A stretch of DNA of 64,000 nucleotides from an uncultured SAR86 cluster bacterium (GCA_902509555.1 CABWYS010000001.1:28795-92794); one strand, 5' to 3'; shown: positions 33,751 to 45,652, counted from the stretch's first letter. Notes: generated from the letters alone by a model not told the origin. Translations and numbers: made by a program.

Positions 33751-34371
33751 TTATTTTGAATAAAGCTCAACAATGAGATTTTCATTAATTTCAGCACTTA
33801 AATCTGTTCTGTCTGGTACAGATTTGAATACACCCTTGAGAGTTTTAGAATCTACTTCAAGCCACTCACATGCTTCTCTTTGACTAGCGAGATCTAATGC
33901 ACTTTTAATTCTTAATTGTGCTTTAGATTTTTCTCTTACCTCTAATTCATCACCTGGCTGAACCTGATATGATGGAATATTTACTGTAGCTCCATTGAGA
34001 TGAAAGGCTTTATGAGATACCAATTGTCTGGCTTCAGCCCGTGTTGCCGCAAAACCCATACGATAAACAACGTTATCTAATCTTTGCTCAAGGTAACTAA
34101 GAAGATTTTCTCCTGTATTACCCTTAGATTTTGATGCTTTTTTATAATAATTTCTAAACTGCTTTTCAAGAACACCATACATTCTTCTAACTTTTTGCTT
34201 TTCGCGCAGCTGAACACCATAATCGGACAGTCTACCTCTTCTTAGACCATGAACGCCTGGAGCTGTTTCCATGTTACATTTTGATTCAATTGATCTAGCG
34301 CCACTTTTGAGAAAAAGATCTGTGCCTTCTCTCCTTGATAATCTTAGTGATGGACCTCTATATCTTGCCAT
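33751..34371 (-). CDS. rpsD: 30S ribosomal protein S4
   Basis: [24 protein letters not shown]. Confidence 0.99.
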   Translation of the reverse strand: MARYRGPSLRLSRREGTDLFLKSGARSIESKCNMETAPGVHGLRRGRLSDYGVQLREKQKVRRMYGVLEKQFRNYYKKASKSKGNTGENLLSYLEQRLDNVVYRMGFAATRAEARQLVSHKAFHLNGATVNIPSYQVQPGDELEVREKSKAQLRIKSALDLASQREACEWLEVDSKTLKGVFKSVPDRTDLSAEINENLIVELYSK

Positions 34372-34380
34372 TTGATTCCC

Positions 34381-34755
34381 CTATACCCTACGTTTCTTTG
34401 AAGGACGACAGCCATTGTGAGGCAATGGTGTTACATCCGTAATACTTTTAATTTTTAAACCACATGAATTCAAGGACCTGACTGCAGATTCTCTTCCACC
34501 ACCTGGGCCCCTTACTTTTACATCTAAATTTATCATTCCAAATTCCTTTGCTGCATTGCCTGCTTTTTCTGCTGCTATCTGAGCAGCAAATGGTGTGCTT
34601 TTTCTTGAGCCACGAAAGCCAGAACCACCTGATGTAGCCCAGCAAACAGTATTGCCTTGTTTGTCTGTGATTGTGATGATCGTATTATTAAATGAAGCAT
34701 GTATATGCGCTATACCATCTGAAATAACCTTTTTAACTTTTTTACCAGTTGCCAT
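34381..34755 (-). CDS. rpsK: 30S ribosomal protein S11
   Basis: [23 protein letters not shown]. Confidence 0.99.
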   Translation of the reverse strand: MATGKKVKKVISDGIAHIHASFNNTIITITDKQGNTVCWATSGGSGFRGSRKSTPFAAQIAAEKAGNAAKEFGMINLDVKVRGPGGGRESAVRSLNSCGLKIKSITDVTPLPHNGCRPSKKRRV

Positions 34756-34758
34756 CGA

Positions 34759-35115
34759 TTAAGCCCTCATAGGTTTTTTAGGGCCTTTACGGGTCCTAGC
34801 GTTAGTTTTAGTTCTTTGACCGTTTACTGGAAGTTTTCTTCTATGCCTAATGCCTCTATAACACCCAAGATCCATAAGTCTCTTTATGTTTGTGCTAACT
34901 GAACGACGGAGATCCCCTTCTACAGTGTATTCAGCCACAGCTGTTCTAATAGTTTCTACTTGCTCTTCAGAAAGGTCTGAGACTTTCTTTGAGTAGTCCA
35001 ATTTAACACTAGTACAAATATTTTGAGCTGTTTTTTTCCCTATCCCATATATATGAGTCAAAGCAATCTCAAGATGCTTGTTTTCTGGTATGTTTACGCC
35101 TGCTATTCTAGCCAT
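34759..35115 (-). CDS. rpsM: 30S ribosomal protein S13
   Basis: [23 protein letters not shown]. Confidence 0.99.
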   Translation of the reverse strand: MARIAGVNIPENKHLEIALTHIYGIGKKTAQNICTSVKLDYSKKVSDLSEEQVETIRTAVAEYTVEGDLRRSVSTNIKRLMDLGCYRGIRHRRKLPVNGQRTKTNARTRKGPKKPMRA

Positions 35116-35121
35116 ATTCTA

Positions 35122-35238
35122 TTACCCTTGCTTTTGTTTATGTTTGGGATCTGTTTTGCATATCACATACAAAACTCCCTTACGCCTAACTGTTTTACAA
35201 TTTCTACAAATCTTTTTTACTGATGCTCGAACTTTCAT
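35122..35238 (-). CDS. rpmJ: 50S ribosomal protein L36, zinc-binding form (not in the ORF track)
   Basis: Manual translation [38 protein letters not shown], between secY and rpsM. Confidence 0.98.
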   Translation of the reverse strand: MKVRASVKKICRNCKTVRRKGVLYVICKTDPKHKQKQG

Positions 35239-35240
35239 AA

Positions 35241-36536
35241 TTATCTATTATAGTTTTTTAAATTAGCTTTCTTTAACAACGATGAGTACTGGTTCGACAT
35301 CATATGTGACTGGACCTGAGACATAAAATCCATCAATACAACTACGATAATCAAAACAGATGTGCCACCTAAATAAAAAGAGACGCCTGCAAAGTTAATT
35401 AAAGCTAAAGGAAGTAAGCAAATTAGCGTTAAATATAAGCTGCCAAATACTGTAAGTCTTGCTAAAACACTATCAACGTATGCTGCTGTTTGCTCGCCTG
35501 GTCTAATTCCAGGAACAAATGCCCCTGATTTTTTTAGATTATCTGTCACCTCTTTTGTATCAAAAGTTAAAGCTAGCCAGATAAAACAAAATGAAATAAT
35601 GAGGGCTGAGAACGTGAGGATATATAAAGGCTGACCTGGATTTAATGCCAATGAAATTGTTTGCAAAAATCCAAAAGATTCTGCTTGACCAAACCATGTG
35701 GACAATGAAGCAGGGAATAGCAAAAAAGTACTAGCAAAAATTGCGGGAATTACACCTGCCATATTAACTTTAAAAGGCAAATGGCTAGCCTGGGCTTGCA
35801 TGAGCTTTCTGCCTTGCTGTCTTTGCGCATAGTTGACTGTAATTCTTCTCTGCCCTCTTTCGATGAATACGACAATCGCTATAACAAGCATTGCTAAAAC
35901 CCCAATACCCAAAAGTAATAAAATATTTAAATCGCCTTGACGTGCCTGCTCCAAAGCTTGACCAATAGCACCAGGAATTCCAGTCAAAATACTTGTGGCA
36001 ATTATAATAGAAATTCCATTACCAATTCCTCGCTCTGAAATTTGCTCTCCAAGCCACATTAAGAAAATTGTTCCTGCTACTACACTAAAGACCGCTGAAA
36101 TAAAAAAAGAAGTTCCTGGCTCATAAGCTAAGCCGCTTGCTCCTAATGTTACTGCTAGAGCTGAGGCCTGAACAAACGCAAGCACAACTGTTCCATATCT
36201 TGTGTATTGGGTAATTTGATTGCGTCCAGCTTGACCGTCTTTTTTTAACTCTTGCAAATATGGGATTGAATTAGAGAATAACTGCATGATAATCGCAGCA
36301 GAGATATATGGGACTACATTAAGAGCAAAGATACTCATCCTCTCTAAAGCACCACCAGAAAATAAATTAAACATCTCAAGAATAGTGCCTTGGTTTTGAT
36401 CAAATAAAGCTGCAAGCCTGGTTGGATCAATGCCGGGGATCGGTATATGAGTTCCAAGGCGATAAACAACAATGGCCATAAAGACAAATCTAAGTCTTCT
36501 CCATAAGTCGCTCATTCCTTTATTTTGGTCAGCCAT
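35241..36536 (-). CDS. secY: Preprotein translocase SecY
   Basis: [27 protein letters not shown] motifs. Confidence 0.99.
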   Translation of the reverse strand: MADQNKGMSDLWRRLRFVFMAIVVYRLGTHIPIPGIDPTRLAALFDQNQGTILEMFNLFSGGALERMSIFALNVVPYISAAIIMQLFSNSIPYLQELKKDGQAGRNQITQYTRYGTVVLAFVQASALAVTLGASGLAYEPGTSFFISAVFSVVAGTIFLMWLGEQISERGIGNGISIIIATSILTGIPGAIGQALEQARQGDLNILLLLGIGVLAMLVIAIVVFIERGQRRITVNYAQRQQGRKLMQAQASHLPFKVNMAGVIPAIFASTFLLFPASLSTWFGQAESFGFLQTISLALNPGQPLYILTFSALIISFCFIWLALTFDTKEVTDNLKKSGAFVPGIRPGEQTAAYVDSVLARLTVFGSLYLTLICLLPLALINFAGVSFYLGGTSVLIIVVVLMDFMSQVQSHMMSNQYSSLLKKANLKNYNR

Positions 36537-36541
36537 ATTAA

Positions 36542-37084
36542 TTACTCAGAAGACTCCTCTATATTTTTATGAGTTTTTGTATCTTTTTTCTTTGAAGTCT
36601 TTATAAACTTTTCTTTGGTTGGTTTTGCTTCAATGGAAGCAACGGTTCCGCCAGCTTTTTCTATTGATTCCTTAGCACCTTTTGTTACTAGAATTCCAGT
36701 CACAACCATTGGTTGAGAGATCTCACATATGCCAAAAATCTTTACTTTTTTAGTTGATTGAGAAATAACCCTATTAGCTTTCAGAGTATCTAAATTAACT
36801 TCAGTCATAAAAGCTATATTTTTAAGATTAACTTCTTTAGAGCTTCTGTTTACTCTAGATGAAAAACCAAACTTAGGGATTCTTTGCTGCAATGGCATTT
36901 GGCCACCCTCAAAACCTCTAGCAATTGAGCCGCCTGATCTAGATTTCTGACCTTTGTGGCCTCTACCAGCAGTTTTGCCAGCCCCAGAACCAATACCTCT
37001 TCCAACACGTTTTCTATTTTTAGATGTGCCTGTGCTAGTAAGAGTATTTAATCCTAAAGAATTGTTTATTTCTGAATTTTCCAT
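36542..37084 (-). CDS. rplO: 50S ribosomal protein L15 with terminal extensions
   Basis: [34 protein letters not shown]. Confidence 0.98.
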   Translation of the reverse strand: MENSEINNSLGLNTLTSTGTSKNRKRVGRGIGSGAGKTAGRGHKGQKSRSGGSIARGFEGGQMPLQQRIPKFGFSSRVNRSSKEVNLKNIAFMTEVNLDTLKANRVISQSTKKVKIFGICEISQPMVVTGILVTKGAKESIEKAGGTVASIEAKPTKEKFIKTSKKKDTKTHKNIEESSE

Positions 37085-37086
37085 TA

Positions 37087-37272
37087 TTAGCTCTCTATAA
37101 CTTCCAGCATATCTCTTATTTTATTTATCATGCCTCGATTACTTGGTGTGTCCTCAACAGTCACAATCTGCTGCAACTTTCTAAAACCAAGACCTTTTAC
37201 GCACTTCTTATGATTGGGCAGTCTGCCAATGCTGCTCTTTATAAGTTTAATGTCTATTGTTTTATTACTCAT
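37087..37272 (-). CDS. rpmD: 50S ribosomal protein L30 (start at ATG 37272)
   Basis: [17 protein letters not shown]...[11 protein letters not shown]. Confidence 0.97.
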   Translation of the reverse strand: MSNKTIDIKLIKSSIGRLPNHKKCVKGLGFRKLQQIVTVEDTPSNRGMINKIRDMLEVIES

Positions 37273-37775
37273 GATATTTCTGCTGTCTTTTTGCCTCTTC
37301 TTAAAGCCACCTCTTCTGGAGATTCCATTGAGCTCAATGCATTGATAGTTGCTCTCACAACATTGACTGGATTTGTTGATCCATAGCATTTTGCTAAAAC
37401 ATTTTGAACGCCAACAAGCTCTAATACAGCTCTCATTGCGCCCCCAGCGATAATTCCTGTTCCCTCTGCGGCAGGCTGCATATACACTTTTGCAGCACCA
37501 TGTTTTGCCTTAACGGGATACCATAGAGTGGAGGAATTTAAACTAACATCAACCATATTTCTTCTGGCGTTTTCCATGGCTTTTTGAATTGCGATTGGGA
37601 CCTCTTTAGCCTTGCCTCTTCCAAACCCTACTTTTCCCTTACCATCACCCACAACGCATAAGGCTGTAAATCCAAAAATACGTCCACCCTTTACAACTTT
37701 GGCAACTCTGTTTACCTGAACAAGTTTTTCTTCAAGTGCATCTTGCTGCTGCAAACTATTATTTTGTTGATTCAT
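37269..37775 (-). CDS. rpsE: 30S ribosomal protein S5
   Basis: [20 protein letters not shown]. Confidence 0.99.
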   Translation of the reverse strand: MNQQNNSLQQQDALEEKLVQVNRVAKVVKGGRIFGFTALCVVGDGKGKVGFGRGKAKEVPIAIQKAMENARRNMVDVSLNSSTLWYPVKAKHGAAKVYMQPAAEGTGIIAGGAMRAVLELVGVQNVLAKCYGSTNPVNVVRATINALSSMESPEEVALRRGKKTAEIS

Positions 37776-37780
37776 TTTTT

Positions 37781-38128
37781 TTAAAACTCCAATCCAGCTT
37801 CGCGAGCTGATTCTGCAATGGCTTTTATGCGGCCATGATATTTATAACCTGATCGATCGAAGACCACTTTTTTGATACCTGCTTCAATTGCCCTTTCAGC
37901 TATTTTTTGCCCAATAGCCTTTGCAGAACTTAGATTATTTGATGCCATTTTATCTTCTTTCTCATTGGTAGAAGCTGAAGCTAATACAGTTGATCCAGTG
38001 GAATCAAAAACTTGCGCATATAAATTTTGAGAAGACTTAAAAACAGATAACCTAGGTTTGTCCTGCTGAGATATCCTGATCCTAGTTTTTGCTGCGCGTC
38101 TTATTCTAGAGTCTGATTTAGAATTCAT
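37781..38128 (-). CDS. rplR: 50S ribosomal protein L18
   Basis: [18 protein letters not shown]. Confidence 0.99.
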   Translation of the reverse strand: MNSKSDSRIRRAAKTRIRISQQDKPRLSVFKSSQNLYAQVFDSTGSTVLASASTNEKEDKMASNNLSSAKAIGQKIAERAIEAGIKKVVFDRSGYKYHGRIKAIAESAREAGLEF

Positions 38129-38131
38129 TGC

Positions 38132-38674
38132 TTATGCTCCTGCTGCTTTTTTGGCTTCTTTTCTTCGAATATTTTCATCAGCATATTTCACACCCTTACC
38201 TTTATATGGTTCTGGTGGTCTGAATGCTCGAATTTCTGCTGCTACTTGACCTAAGACTTGCTTGTCATGACTTTTGAGAACAACTTCTGTTTGAGATGGT
38301 GTTTCCACCTCAACTTGCTCAGGAAGGTCATAATGAACAGGATGAGAAAAGCCTAAGGTTAATTCTAGTTTTTTGCCACTAGCTTTAGCTCTATACCCAA
38401 CTCCAACTAGCAATAATGTTTTCTGAAAACCTTCAGACACTCCAATTACCATGTTATTTATTAAAGAGCGAGCTGTCCCAGCAAGTGCTGTTGATTCTGA
38501 TGAAGATTCGTCATACGAAATGGTAATCACATTATCTGCATGAGATGCAGATACTGATTCTGGAAGTGTGAAGTCAGACTTACCCTTAGACCCTGAAACT
38601 GAAATCATTTTATCTTCAAGTTTAATTTCTACACCAGATGGAATTGAGACTGGATTTTTAGCAACTCTAGACAT
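38132..38674 (-). CDS. rplF: 50S ribosomal protein L6
   Basis: MSRVAK.P, RPPEPYKGKG. Confidence 0.99.
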   Translation of the reverse strand: MSRVAKNPVSIPSGVEIKLEDKMISVSGSKGKSDFTLPESVSASHADNVITISYDESSSESTALAGTARSLINNMVIGVSEGFQKTLLLVGVGYRAKASGKKLELTLGFSHPVHYDLPEQVEVETPSQTEVVLKSHDKQVLGQVAAEIRAFRPPEPYKGKGVKYADENIRRKEAKKAAGA

Positions 38675-38676
38675 AA

Positions 38677-39072
38677 TTAAAAAACCTCACAAATGACTTC
38701 GCCGCCAATATTTTGTGACCTCGCATCTTTGTCACTCATTAACCCTTTGTTGGTTGAGAGAACATACATGCCTAATCCATTTTTTACTTCTGGAAGATCT
38801 GAAGATGACGAGTATCTTCTTAAGCTAGGCTTTGAGATTCTTTTAATTTCTCTAATTGCAGGAGCCTCATTAATATATTTAAGAGAAATGCTTAATGAAT
38901 CTTTGCCGTGTAATGAAATTTTTTCACAAGCACTTAAATACCCTTCTTTCACAAGCAAAGATACTAGCTCATGCTTGAATTTAGAAAAAGGTGCGTTTAC
39001 GACCTTTTTACCACGCATAAGGCCATTTCTAATTCTTGTTAAACAATCTGATGTAGGATCTTGAAAACTCAT
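38677..39072 (-). CDS. rpsH: 30S ribosomal protein S8 (start at ATG 39072)
   Basis: MSFQDPTSDCLTRIRN...GGEVIC. Confidence 0.98.
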   Translation of the reverse strand: MSFQDPTSDCLTRIRNGLMRGKKVVNAPFSKFKHELVSLLVKEGYLSACEKISLHGKDSLSISLKYINEAPAIREIKRISKPSLRRYSSSSDLPEVKNGLGMYVLSTNKGLMSDKDARSQNIGGEVICEVF

Positions 39073-39076
39073 AATA

Positions 39077-39382
39077 TTACCAACTTGATTTAACCAATCC
39101 AGGAATGTCGCCGCGCATCGCAGCTTCACGTAATTTAATTCTGCTAAGTCCAAATTTTCTATAGACAGCATGAGGCCTGCCAGTCAAAGAGCATCTTCTG
39201 GTAACTCTTGAGGGGCTTGCATTTCTAGGAAGCTTTTGTAATTTTTGAAAAGCTGCCATTTTTTCTTCGTAAGAATTTTCAGGATTTAGGAATGCTTCTT
39301 TCAATGCAGCTCTTTTAACTGCATAACGTTCCACCGTTTTTTGTCTTTTGACATCTCGAGCTATTACTGATTTTCTTGTCAT
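39077..39382 (-). CDS. rpsN: 30S ribosomal protein S14 (101-aa, non-zinc type)
   Basis: [22 protein letters not shown]. Confidence 0.99.
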   Translation of the reverse strand: MTRKSVIARDVKRQKTVERYAVKRAALKEAFLNPENSYEEKMAAFQKLQKLPRNASPSRVTRRCSLTGRPHAVYRKFGLSRIKLREAAMRGDIPGLVKSSW

Positions 39383-39393
39383 TTATTTTTACC

Positions 39394-39930
39394 TTATTTT
39401 TTAAATGGGAAATTTAATACTTCTAGCAACGCTTTTGCATCTTCCTTATTCGAAGCTGATGTATTGATGCATATATCCATTCCTCGGATCTTATCTATAT
39501 TGTCATAGTTGATCTCTGGAAAGATAATTTGCTCCTTTATACCCATACTATAGTTACCTTGACCATCAAAAGATTTAGGATTTAGACCTCTAAAATCTCT
39601 CTCCCTAGGAATTGCTACATTCACTAAACGCTCTATGAAATCGTACATTCTGTCGCCTCTTAATGTAACTTTGCATCCAACTGGCCATCCCTCTCGCAAT
39701 TTAAAGCTTGCAACTGATTTTTTTGCTTTTGTTATTACAGCTTTCTGACCAGCAATTAATTCTAGGTCGTTAACTGCAGACTCTAGATGCTTTTTATCAG
39801 TTAATGCTTCTCCAACACCCATGTTGATAACTACTTTAGTAAGTTTTGGCACAGCCATAACATTATCAATTCCCAATTTCTCTTTTAATTGAGGGAGCAA
39901 TTCTTTATTAAAGGTTTCTTTTAAATTCAT
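39394..39930 (-). CDS. rplE: 50S ribosomal protein L5
   Basis: [21 protein letters not shown]. Confidence 0.99.
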   Translation of the reverse strand: MNLKETFNKELLPQLKEKLGIDNVMAVPKLTKVVINMGVGEALTDKKHLESAVNDLELIAGQKAVITKAKKSVASFKLREGWPVGCKVTLRGDRMYDFIERLVNVAIPRERDFRGLNPKSFDGQGNYSMGIKEQIIFPEINYDNIDKIRGMDICINTSASNKEDAKALLEVLNFPFKK

Positions 39931-40265
39931 GATTTAATTTCTTTTTTGTCTGATGAATAAACTCTTAATTTCTTATCTCCATCTATCTGAAATGAGATTC
40001 TGTCAGCTTTCTTTTGTTGAGGATTCCAAATTGCAACATTGGATAGATTGATTGCAGCCTCTTTCTCGACTATGCCGCCTGTTTCTCCAATTTGTGGATT
40101 AGGCTTAGTATGTTTTTTCATCATATTAATACCTGTAATTACTGCTTTATTATTAAATTTAGAAATTTTTTGAACAGTTCCCTTTTTTCCAATATCCTTT
40201 CCAGCAATAACAATAACCTCATCACCGGTTCTAAATTTCGTTACTGTTTCATTATTTTTTTTCAT
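39927..40265 (-). CDS. rplX: 50S ribosomal protein L24
   Basis: [17 protein letters not shown] motif. Confidence 0.98.
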   Translation of the reverse strand: MKKNNETVTKFRTGDEVIVIAGKDIGKKGTVQKISKFNNKAVITGINMMKKHTKPNPQIGETGGIVEKEAAINLSNVAIWNPQQKKADRISFQIDGDKKLRVYSSDKKEIKS

Positions 40266-40633
40266 TACAAAACTTCCGGGGCTAGTGATAAAATTTTCAT
40301 ATGCTTGCCGTCTCTAAGTTCTCGGGTGACTGGTCCAAAAACTCTTGTACCAATTGGGGCTTTGTTACCACCGATTAAAACGGCTGCATTTTCATCAAAT
40401 TTAATTAATGATCCATCCCTTCTTCGGACGCCTTTTTTAGTTCTAACTACCAAAGCATCGACAACCTGACCTTTTTTTACCTTGCCAGTTGGGATAGCTT
40501 CTCTTATTGCTACCTTAATAACATCACCAATATTGGCATACCTTCTCTTTGAGCCACCAAGAACTTTGATGCACATTACACTTCTAGCTCCACTGTTGTC
40601 AGCTATAGTTAATATAGATTGCATTTGGATCAT
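40265..40633 (-). CDS. rplN: 50S ribosomal protein L14
   Basis: [21 protein letters not shown]. Confidence 0.99.
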   Translation of the reverse strand: MIQMQSILTIADNSGARSVMCIKVLGGSKRRYANIGDVIKVAIREAIPTGKVKKGQVVDALVVRTKKGVRRRDGSLIKFDENAAVLIGGNKAPIGTRVFGPVTRELRDGKHMKILSLAPEVL

Positions 40634-40911
40634 GTTTGACTCTCCTGAATCTCAACTTCAGATGTAACAGAGTCATTTGCAGAAAGCAGTTTCCAAGTTT
40701 TAGACTTGGAATATGGTTTGCACTCTTGCACTGTGACCACGTCACCAATCTTAGCCATATTATCTTCATCATGAGCATGCACTTTTGTAGAACGCTTCAT
40801 AATTTTACTGTATGTAGGATGCTTAACTTTGCGCTCAACTTTTACAGTTATCGTTTTATCAGCTTTATCGCTAATAACTACACCAGTCAGCTGCCTTGGA
40901 TTAGTACTCAT
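40630..40911 (-). CDS. rpsQ: 30S ribosomal protein S17
   Basis: G.VISDK.DKT, HAHDE, SKSKTW. Confidence 0.98.
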   Translation of the reverse strand: MSTNPRQLTGVVISDKADKTITVKVERKVKHPTYSKIMKRSTKVHAHDEDNMAKIGDVVTVQECKPYSKSKTWKLLSANDSVTSEVEIQESQT

Positions 40912-41126
40912 GCGGATGCTTCCTCAGATTTTTTTTCATTAATAATAGTTTTTATTTGAGCAATCTTTTTTCTATCAACGGTCAGTAAATGGGATTCAGT
41001 AAGCTGACCAGTTTTATGCTTCATCCTATTTTTAAATTGATTTTCTCTAATTTCTAGAACTAAACTTTCTAAAGCTTTAACATTTTTCTTACGAAGGTCT
41101 TGAAGATCACTGGTTAACTTTGCCAT
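40908..41126 (-). CDS. rpmC: 50S ribosomal protein L29
   Basis: [19 protein letters not shown]; position between rplP and rpsQ. Confidence 0.95.
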   Translation of the reverse strand: MAKLTSDLQDLRKKNVKALESLVLEIRENQFKNRMKHKTGQLTESHLLTVDRKKIAQIKTIINEKKSEEASA

Positions 41127-41128
41127 TT

Positions 41129-41539
41129 TTATAATGCCTTTTTAATAAATGTGGTTCTGACTGGTAACTTGGCTGCTGCTAATTTGAAAGCTTCTCTAGC
41201 AACTTCTTCTGATACTCCAGCCATTTCATATAAAACTGTTCCTGGTTGAACAAGGCTTACCCAATATTCAACATTACCTTTTCCTTTACCCATTCTTACC
41301 TCTAATGGCTTTTTGGTAATGGGTTTATCAGGAAATATACGAATCCAAATGTTACCGCCACGTTTAATAGATCTTGTCATTGCTCTTCTAGCAGATTCAA
41401 TCTGGCGAGCTGTAACCCTGCCTCTGGTTGTTGCCTTCAAAGCGTACTCACCAAATGCAATTGTATTGCCTGATTGAGCAAGGCCCCTGTTTCGGCCTTT
41501 ATGCATCTTTCTAAACTTTGTTTGTTTTGGCTGTAACAT
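41129..41539 (-). CDS. rplP: 50S ribosomal protein L16
   Basis: [14 protein letters not shown]. Confidence 0.99.
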   Translation of the reverse strand: MLQPKQTKFRKMHKGRNRGLAQSGNTIAFGEYALKATTRGRVTARQIESARRAMTRSIKRGGNIWIRIFPDKPITKKPLEVRMGKGKGNVEYWVSLVQPGTVLYEMAGVSEEVAREAFKLAAAKLPVRTTFIKKAL

Positions 41540-41541
41540 GA

Positions 41542-42201
41542 TTAACTTCCTTGGCCCTCATCTTTAAAAGGATCGCCTAAGACTTCACCGGTATATACAT
41601 GGACCTTTACACCAATTAATCCATATGTAGTTGCAGCTTCTGCTACCCCATAGTCTATATTTGCTCTTAAAGTATGAAGAGGTACTTGACCCTCTCTGTA
41701 CCACTCAGCCCTTGCAATCTCTGCTCCACCCAATCTGCCAGAAACTTCGGTTCTAATACCTTTGGCACCTTGTCTCATAGCGCTTTGAACAGCTCGCTTC
41801 ATAGCCCTTCTGAACTGAACTCTTCGTTCTAACTGTTGGGCAATTCCTTCGGCAAGAATTGTTGCATCAAGATCTGGCTTGCGAACTTCTTTAATATTGA
41901 CTTGAACTGGCAGAGAAACAATTTTTTGAACTGAGGCTTTCAAGGATTCAATCTCTTCACCCTTTTTTCCAATAATAATGCCAGGTCTAGATGTATGAAT
42001 ATTTACAACAAAATTTTGAGCAGATCTTTCAAGCTCCACTTTGCTAATAGACGAGAATCTCAATCTATCTTTGATATGATTTCGAACTTTAAGATCTTCA
42101 ATTAAATTCTCTCTATAAGATTTTCCTTTTGCATACCACAAAGCATTATGCTTCTTGATAACACCAAGTCGAAAGCCAGTTGGATGAACTTTTTGACCCA
42201 T
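41542..42201 (-). CDS. rpsC: 30S ribosomal protein S3
   Basis: [23 protein letters not shown]. Confidence 0.99.
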   Translation of the reverse strand: MGQKVHPTGFRLGVIKKHNALWYAKGKSYRENLIEDLKVRNHIKDRLRFSSISKVELERSAQNFVVNIHTSRPGIIIGKKGEEIESLKASVQKIVSLPVQVNIKEVRKPDLDATILAEGIAQQLERRVQFRRAMKRAVQSAMRQGAKGIRTEVSGRLGGAEIARAEWYREGQVPLHTLRANIDYGVAEAATTYGLIGVKVHVYTGEVLGDPFKDEGQGS

Positions 42202-42539
42202 TACTTCTCCTGATCCGATAATATGATTTCAATATGGCAGGAAGGTTTAATGATCCTGTCAGCCCTGCCTCTCGCACGAGGTTTCATTCTTTTTAATCTC
42301 ATTCCTTGGTTTACAATGACTGACTTAACAATTAACAAATCAATATCTGCCTTGTCATTATTTTCAGCATTTGCAATTGCAGACTCTAAAAGTTTTTTAA
42401 TTACAGCTGATGCTTTTTGCTTGTGAAAAGTAAGAAAGTCCATTGCTGCATGCACTGATTTACCTCTGACTACATCAGCAACTAGACCCGCTTTTTGAGC
42501 AGATAATCTAGTTCCTTTTAAATATGCTCTTGTTTCCAT
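42201..42539 (-). CDS. rplV: 50S ribosomal protein L22
   Basis: [16 protein letters not shown]. Confidence 0.99.
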   Translation of the reverse strand: METRAYLKGTRLSAQKAGLVADVVRGKSVHAAMDFLTFHKQKASAVIKKLLESAIANAENNDKADIDLLIVKSVIVNQGMRLKRMKPRARGRADRIIKPSCHIEIILSDQEK

Positions 42540-42811
42540 TATTTTGTTTTCCTATCACCTGAATGCATTCTAAAAGTTCTTGTGATGGCGAATTCACCTA
42601 ATTTATGTCCAACCATGTCTTCATTAATGTATACAGGGACATGCTGTCTTCCGTTATGAACAGATATAGTTAGACCAACCATTGATGGGCTAATCATAGA
42701 TCTTCTAGACCAAGTTTTGATTGGCCTTTTACTATTTTCACTAATTGCTTTATCCACAGCTTTTTGCAGTGATAAATCAATAAATGGTCCTTTTTTAAGT
42801 GATCTAGGCAT
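42539..42811 (-). CDS. rpsS: 30S ribosomal protein S19
   Basis: [17 protein letters not shown]. Confidence 0.99.
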   Translation of the reverse strand: MPRSLKKGPFIDLSLQKAVDKAISENSKRPIKTWSRRSMISPSMVGLTISVHNGRQHVPVYINEDMVGHKLGEFAITRTFRMHSGDRKTK

Positions 42812-42814
42812 TAT

Positions 42815-43642
42815 TTATTTCCTTTTAGCTCTTCTTCTAACAATCAGATCATCTGTTCGTTGATTTTTTCTTGTTTTATAGCCTTTGGTTGGTATGCCCC
42901 AGGGCGTTGATGGATGTCTTCCCCCGGACGTTCTACCTTCGCCGCCTCCATGAGGGTGATCAACTGGATTCATGGCTACACCCCTTACTGTAGGCCTTAC
43001 ACCTCTCCATCTTTTAGCTCCTGCCTTCCCTAATGACCGTAAGTTATTTTCTTGATTTGAAACAGTGCCCAAAGTTGCTTTACATGCTGACAAGATTTTT
43101 CTCATTTCACCAGATTGCAATCTTAAAGTAGCGTAAATACCCTCTTTAGCAACCAATCTTGCTGATGATCCAGCGCTTCTAGCAATCTGTGCTCCTTTGC
43201 CAGGCTTCATTTCTACGCAGTGAATTGTTGTTCCGAGGGGGATATTTGCTAATTTCATGCAGTTACCTGCCTTCATTTCAGTTTGGTCTGCTGACAGCAC
43301 TGGATCTCCAACCTTAATTTTACTTGGAGCAATAATGTATCTTCTTTCACCATCGGCGTACTTAAGCAAAGCTAAGTGCGCAGACCTGTTTGGATCGTAC
43401 TCAATTCTCTCTACAATAGCAGGGACGTCTAATTTATCTCTTTTAAAATCTATAACTCTGTAATGCTGCTTGTGACCACCGCCTTGATGTCTAACAGTTA
43501 TTCTGCCGTTATTATTTCGTCCGCCATTTTTTGATTTTTTCTCTAGCAGAGCTTTGTGAGGCCGACCTTTATAAAGATCGGATTTGATTGAAATAACGCC
43601 TCTTCTGCCTGGGCTAGTTGGTTTTGCTTTTATGACTGCCAT
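42815..43642 (-). CDS. rplB: 50S ribosomal protein L2
   Basis: [17 protein letters not shown]. Confidence 0.99.
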   Translation of the reverse strand: MAVIKAKPTSPGRRGVISIKSDLYKGRPHKALLEKKSKNGGRNNNGRITVRHQGGGHKQHYRVIDFKRDKLDVPAIVERIEYDPNRSAHLALLKYADGERRYIIAPSKIKVGDPVLSADQTEMKAGNCMKLANIPLGTTIHCVEMKPGKGAQIARSAGSSARLVAKEGIYATLRLQSGEMRKILSACKATLGTVSNQENNLRSLGKAGAKRWRGVRPTVRGVAMNPVDHPHGGGEGRTSGGRHPSTPWGIPTKGYKTRKNQRTDDLIVRRRAKRK

Positions 43643-43644
43643 GA

Positions 43645-43938
43645 TTAACTAATGCCCTCAAATTGGATCTCAGAGCCTTCTTTCAATGAAACAAAGGCTT
43701 TCTTATAGTCTGATCTTTTATAAATTCCAAATCTGTTTCTTTTTGTTTTTCCTTTTTGGGTTGATGTGGTAACACTATCAACTTTTACATCAAACAAGTC
43801 CTCAACAGCCTTTTTGATCTCTGATTTTGATGCCGATAAATCTACCTTGAATACAACCTGATTCAAACTTCCAATAGATGTAGCTTTCTCAGTGATATAT
43901 GGAGAATGAATTAATGTGAGTAATTTTTCTTTATTCAT
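43645..43938 (-). CDS. rplW: 50S ribosomal protein L23 (start at ATG 43938)
   Basis: PYITEKA, EIKKAVE.LF.VKV, KKAFV. Confidence 0.98.
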   Translation of the reverse strand: MNKEKLLTLIHSPYITEKATSIGSLNQVVFKVDLSASKSEIKKAVEDLFDVKVDSVTTSTQKGKTKRNRFGIYKRSDYKKAFVSLKEGSEIQFEGIS

Positions 43939-44549
43939 TAGACCCATGCCTCAATTAGCTTAAATGCAGCAGGAGTGACTGCCACTTTTTCAGATCTTAA
44001 TAAAATCACTGGATTAATATCTTTCACGGTCACAACATCAACATGAGGAATATTTCGAGCTGAAAGATACAAATTTGTGTCCATTTCATCAAGGATAATA
44101 AGCACATTATTAAGATCAAACTGCTGAAGAAAGCTATTCATTTCTTTTGTTTTCGGTGCTTCAAATTTTGGCTGCTCAATAGCTACCAAACGATTTTGTC
44201 TATGCAGTTCTGAAAATATAGAACTAATTGCAGCTCTATACATTTTTTTGTTAATTTTTTTAGAGTAATCTCTTGGCGTAGCTGCAAAAGCTACTCCACC
44301 GCCCCTCCATATAGGACTCCTAATTGTTCCAGCTCTAGCCCTACCAGTTCCTTTTTGTCGGTATGGTTTTTTGCCGCCGCCCCTAACTTCTGATCTTGTC
44401 TTTTGTTTATGCGAACCTTGTCTAGACCCAGCAAGATAGGTGACCACAGCTTGATGAACAAGTGTTTCATTAAACTCTTTTCCAAAAGTCGTTTCAGAAA
44501 TTTGAACATCAGTTTTTTTATTATCGATATTTAGTACATCTAATTTCAT
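43938..44549 (-). CDS. rplD: 50S ribosomal protein L4
   Basis: [16 protein letters not shown]. Confidence 0.99.
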   Translation of the reverse strand: MKLDVLNIDNKKTDVQISETTFGKEFNETLVHQAVVTYLAGSRQGSHKQKTRSEVRGGGKKPYRQKGTGRARAGTIRSPIWRGGGVAFAATPRDYSKKINKKMYRAAISSIFSELHRQNRLVAIEQPKFEAPKTKEMNSFLQQFDLNNVLIILDEMDTNLYLSARNIPHVDVVTVKDINPVILLRSEKVAVTPAAFKLIEAWV

Positions 44550-45172
44550 CTTTGTTTCACCGCAGGGGTAATTTTTAATGTTGAGCCATTAAAGCCTGGT
44601 ACCGCACCCTTAACATAAAGAAGATTATTTTGGACATCTGCACCCATTAATTCCAAACTTTGAATAGTTTTTGTTTCATGACCCATATGGCCAGACATTT
44701 TTTTTCCTTTCCAAACTCTTCCAGGGGTCTGGCATTGACCAATTGAGCCATGAGCTCTATGTGCCAAGGAATTACCATGAGTAGCATCTTGCATTGCAAA
44801 GTTATGCCTTTTAATTACGCCGGCATACCCCTTACCTTTAGAGGTACCAGTTACATCAACCATTTTTCCAACTTCAAAAATATCAGCAGTTAAATGATGG
44901 CCAATCTTCAGCTCATCAGTTTCTTCAGTTCTGAATTCAAATAATTCTCCATTAGAGATATTTTGTTTTTTGAAGAATTCTGTGGATGATTTTGTTAAAT
45001 TCTTAGATGTATTCTTAGACACCACAATAGCACTGTATCCGTGCTTTTCATGGGTCTTAATATCAGCAACAAAATTTGCTGCAACTGAAATAACTGTTAC
45101 AGGTACAGAAGTGCCGTCTTCTTGAAAAAGTCTCGACATGCCTGATTTTTTTCCAACTAAGCCAATGCTCAA
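44546..45172 (-). CDS. rplC: 50S ribosomal protein L3
   Basis: [26 protein letters not shown]; TTG start after AAGGAG. Confidence 0.99.
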   Translation of the reverse strand: MSIGLVGKKSGMSRLFQEDGTSVPVTVISVAANFVADIKTHEKHGYSAIVVSKNTSKNLTKSSTEFFKKQNISNGELFEFRTEETDELKIGHHLTADIFEVGKMVDVTGTSKGKGYAGVIKRHNFAMQDATHGNSLAHRAHGSIGQCQTPGRVWKGKKMSGHMGHETKTIQSLELMGADVQNNLLYVKGAVPGFNGSTLKITPAVKQR

Positions 45173-45237
45173 TTTACTCTCCTTTTATACGGGGCTTATA
45201 ACCCTCTATGGCCGCTAAGCGTTAAAAAAGTAACAAA
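45173..45237 (-). promoter_or_regulatory. Candidate structured cis-regulatory RNA between rpsJ and rplC
   Basis: GC-rich island TAACGCTTAGCGGCCATAGAGGGTTATAAGCCCCGTATAAAAGGAG with two small hairpins abutting the rplC ribosome-binding site. Confidence 0.5.
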
Positions 45238-45549
45238 TTAGCCCAAGCTAATTTGCACATCAACCCCAGATGAAAGATCGAGCTTCATTAAAGCATCAAC
45301 AGTTTTATCTGTAGGTTCTACTATATCCATAAGTCTTTTGTATGTTCTTATCTCATACTGATCTCTTGCATCTTTATCTTTATGCGGAGATGTTAGGATT
45401 GTGGTTCTTTCTTTCTTTACTGGCAAAGGAATTGGTCCTTTTACAATCGCGCCGGTTTTCTTTGCAGTTTCAACAATTAATTTTGTTGAAGCATCAATCA
45501 AACGATAGTCAAAAGCTTTTAAGCGAATTCTTATTGATTGATTGTCCAA
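45238..45549 (-). CDS. rpsJ: 30S ribosomal protein S10
   Basis: [26 protein letters not shown]; TTG start. Confidence 0.99.
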   Translation of the reverse strand: MDNQSIRIRLKAFDYRLIDASTKLIVETAKKTGAIVKGPIPLPVKKERTTILTSPHKDKDARDQYEIRTYKRLMDIVEPTDKTVDALMKLDLSSGVDVQISLG

Positions 45550-45592
45550 TTTATTTAATTCCTATATTTCTGCTTTATGCAAAATGTTGCGT

Positions 45593-45622
45593 ATTCTATG
45601 TCTCTAAAGCCCTTAATGTCAA
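45593..45622 (-). promoter_or_regulatory. Putative sigma70 promoter for the S10-spc-alpha operon
   Basis: TTGACA-18 nt-TAGAAT followed by ACGC. Confidence 0.7.
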
Positions 45623-45652
45623 CAAATTTAGGGTATTTATCAGTGTATTGTT

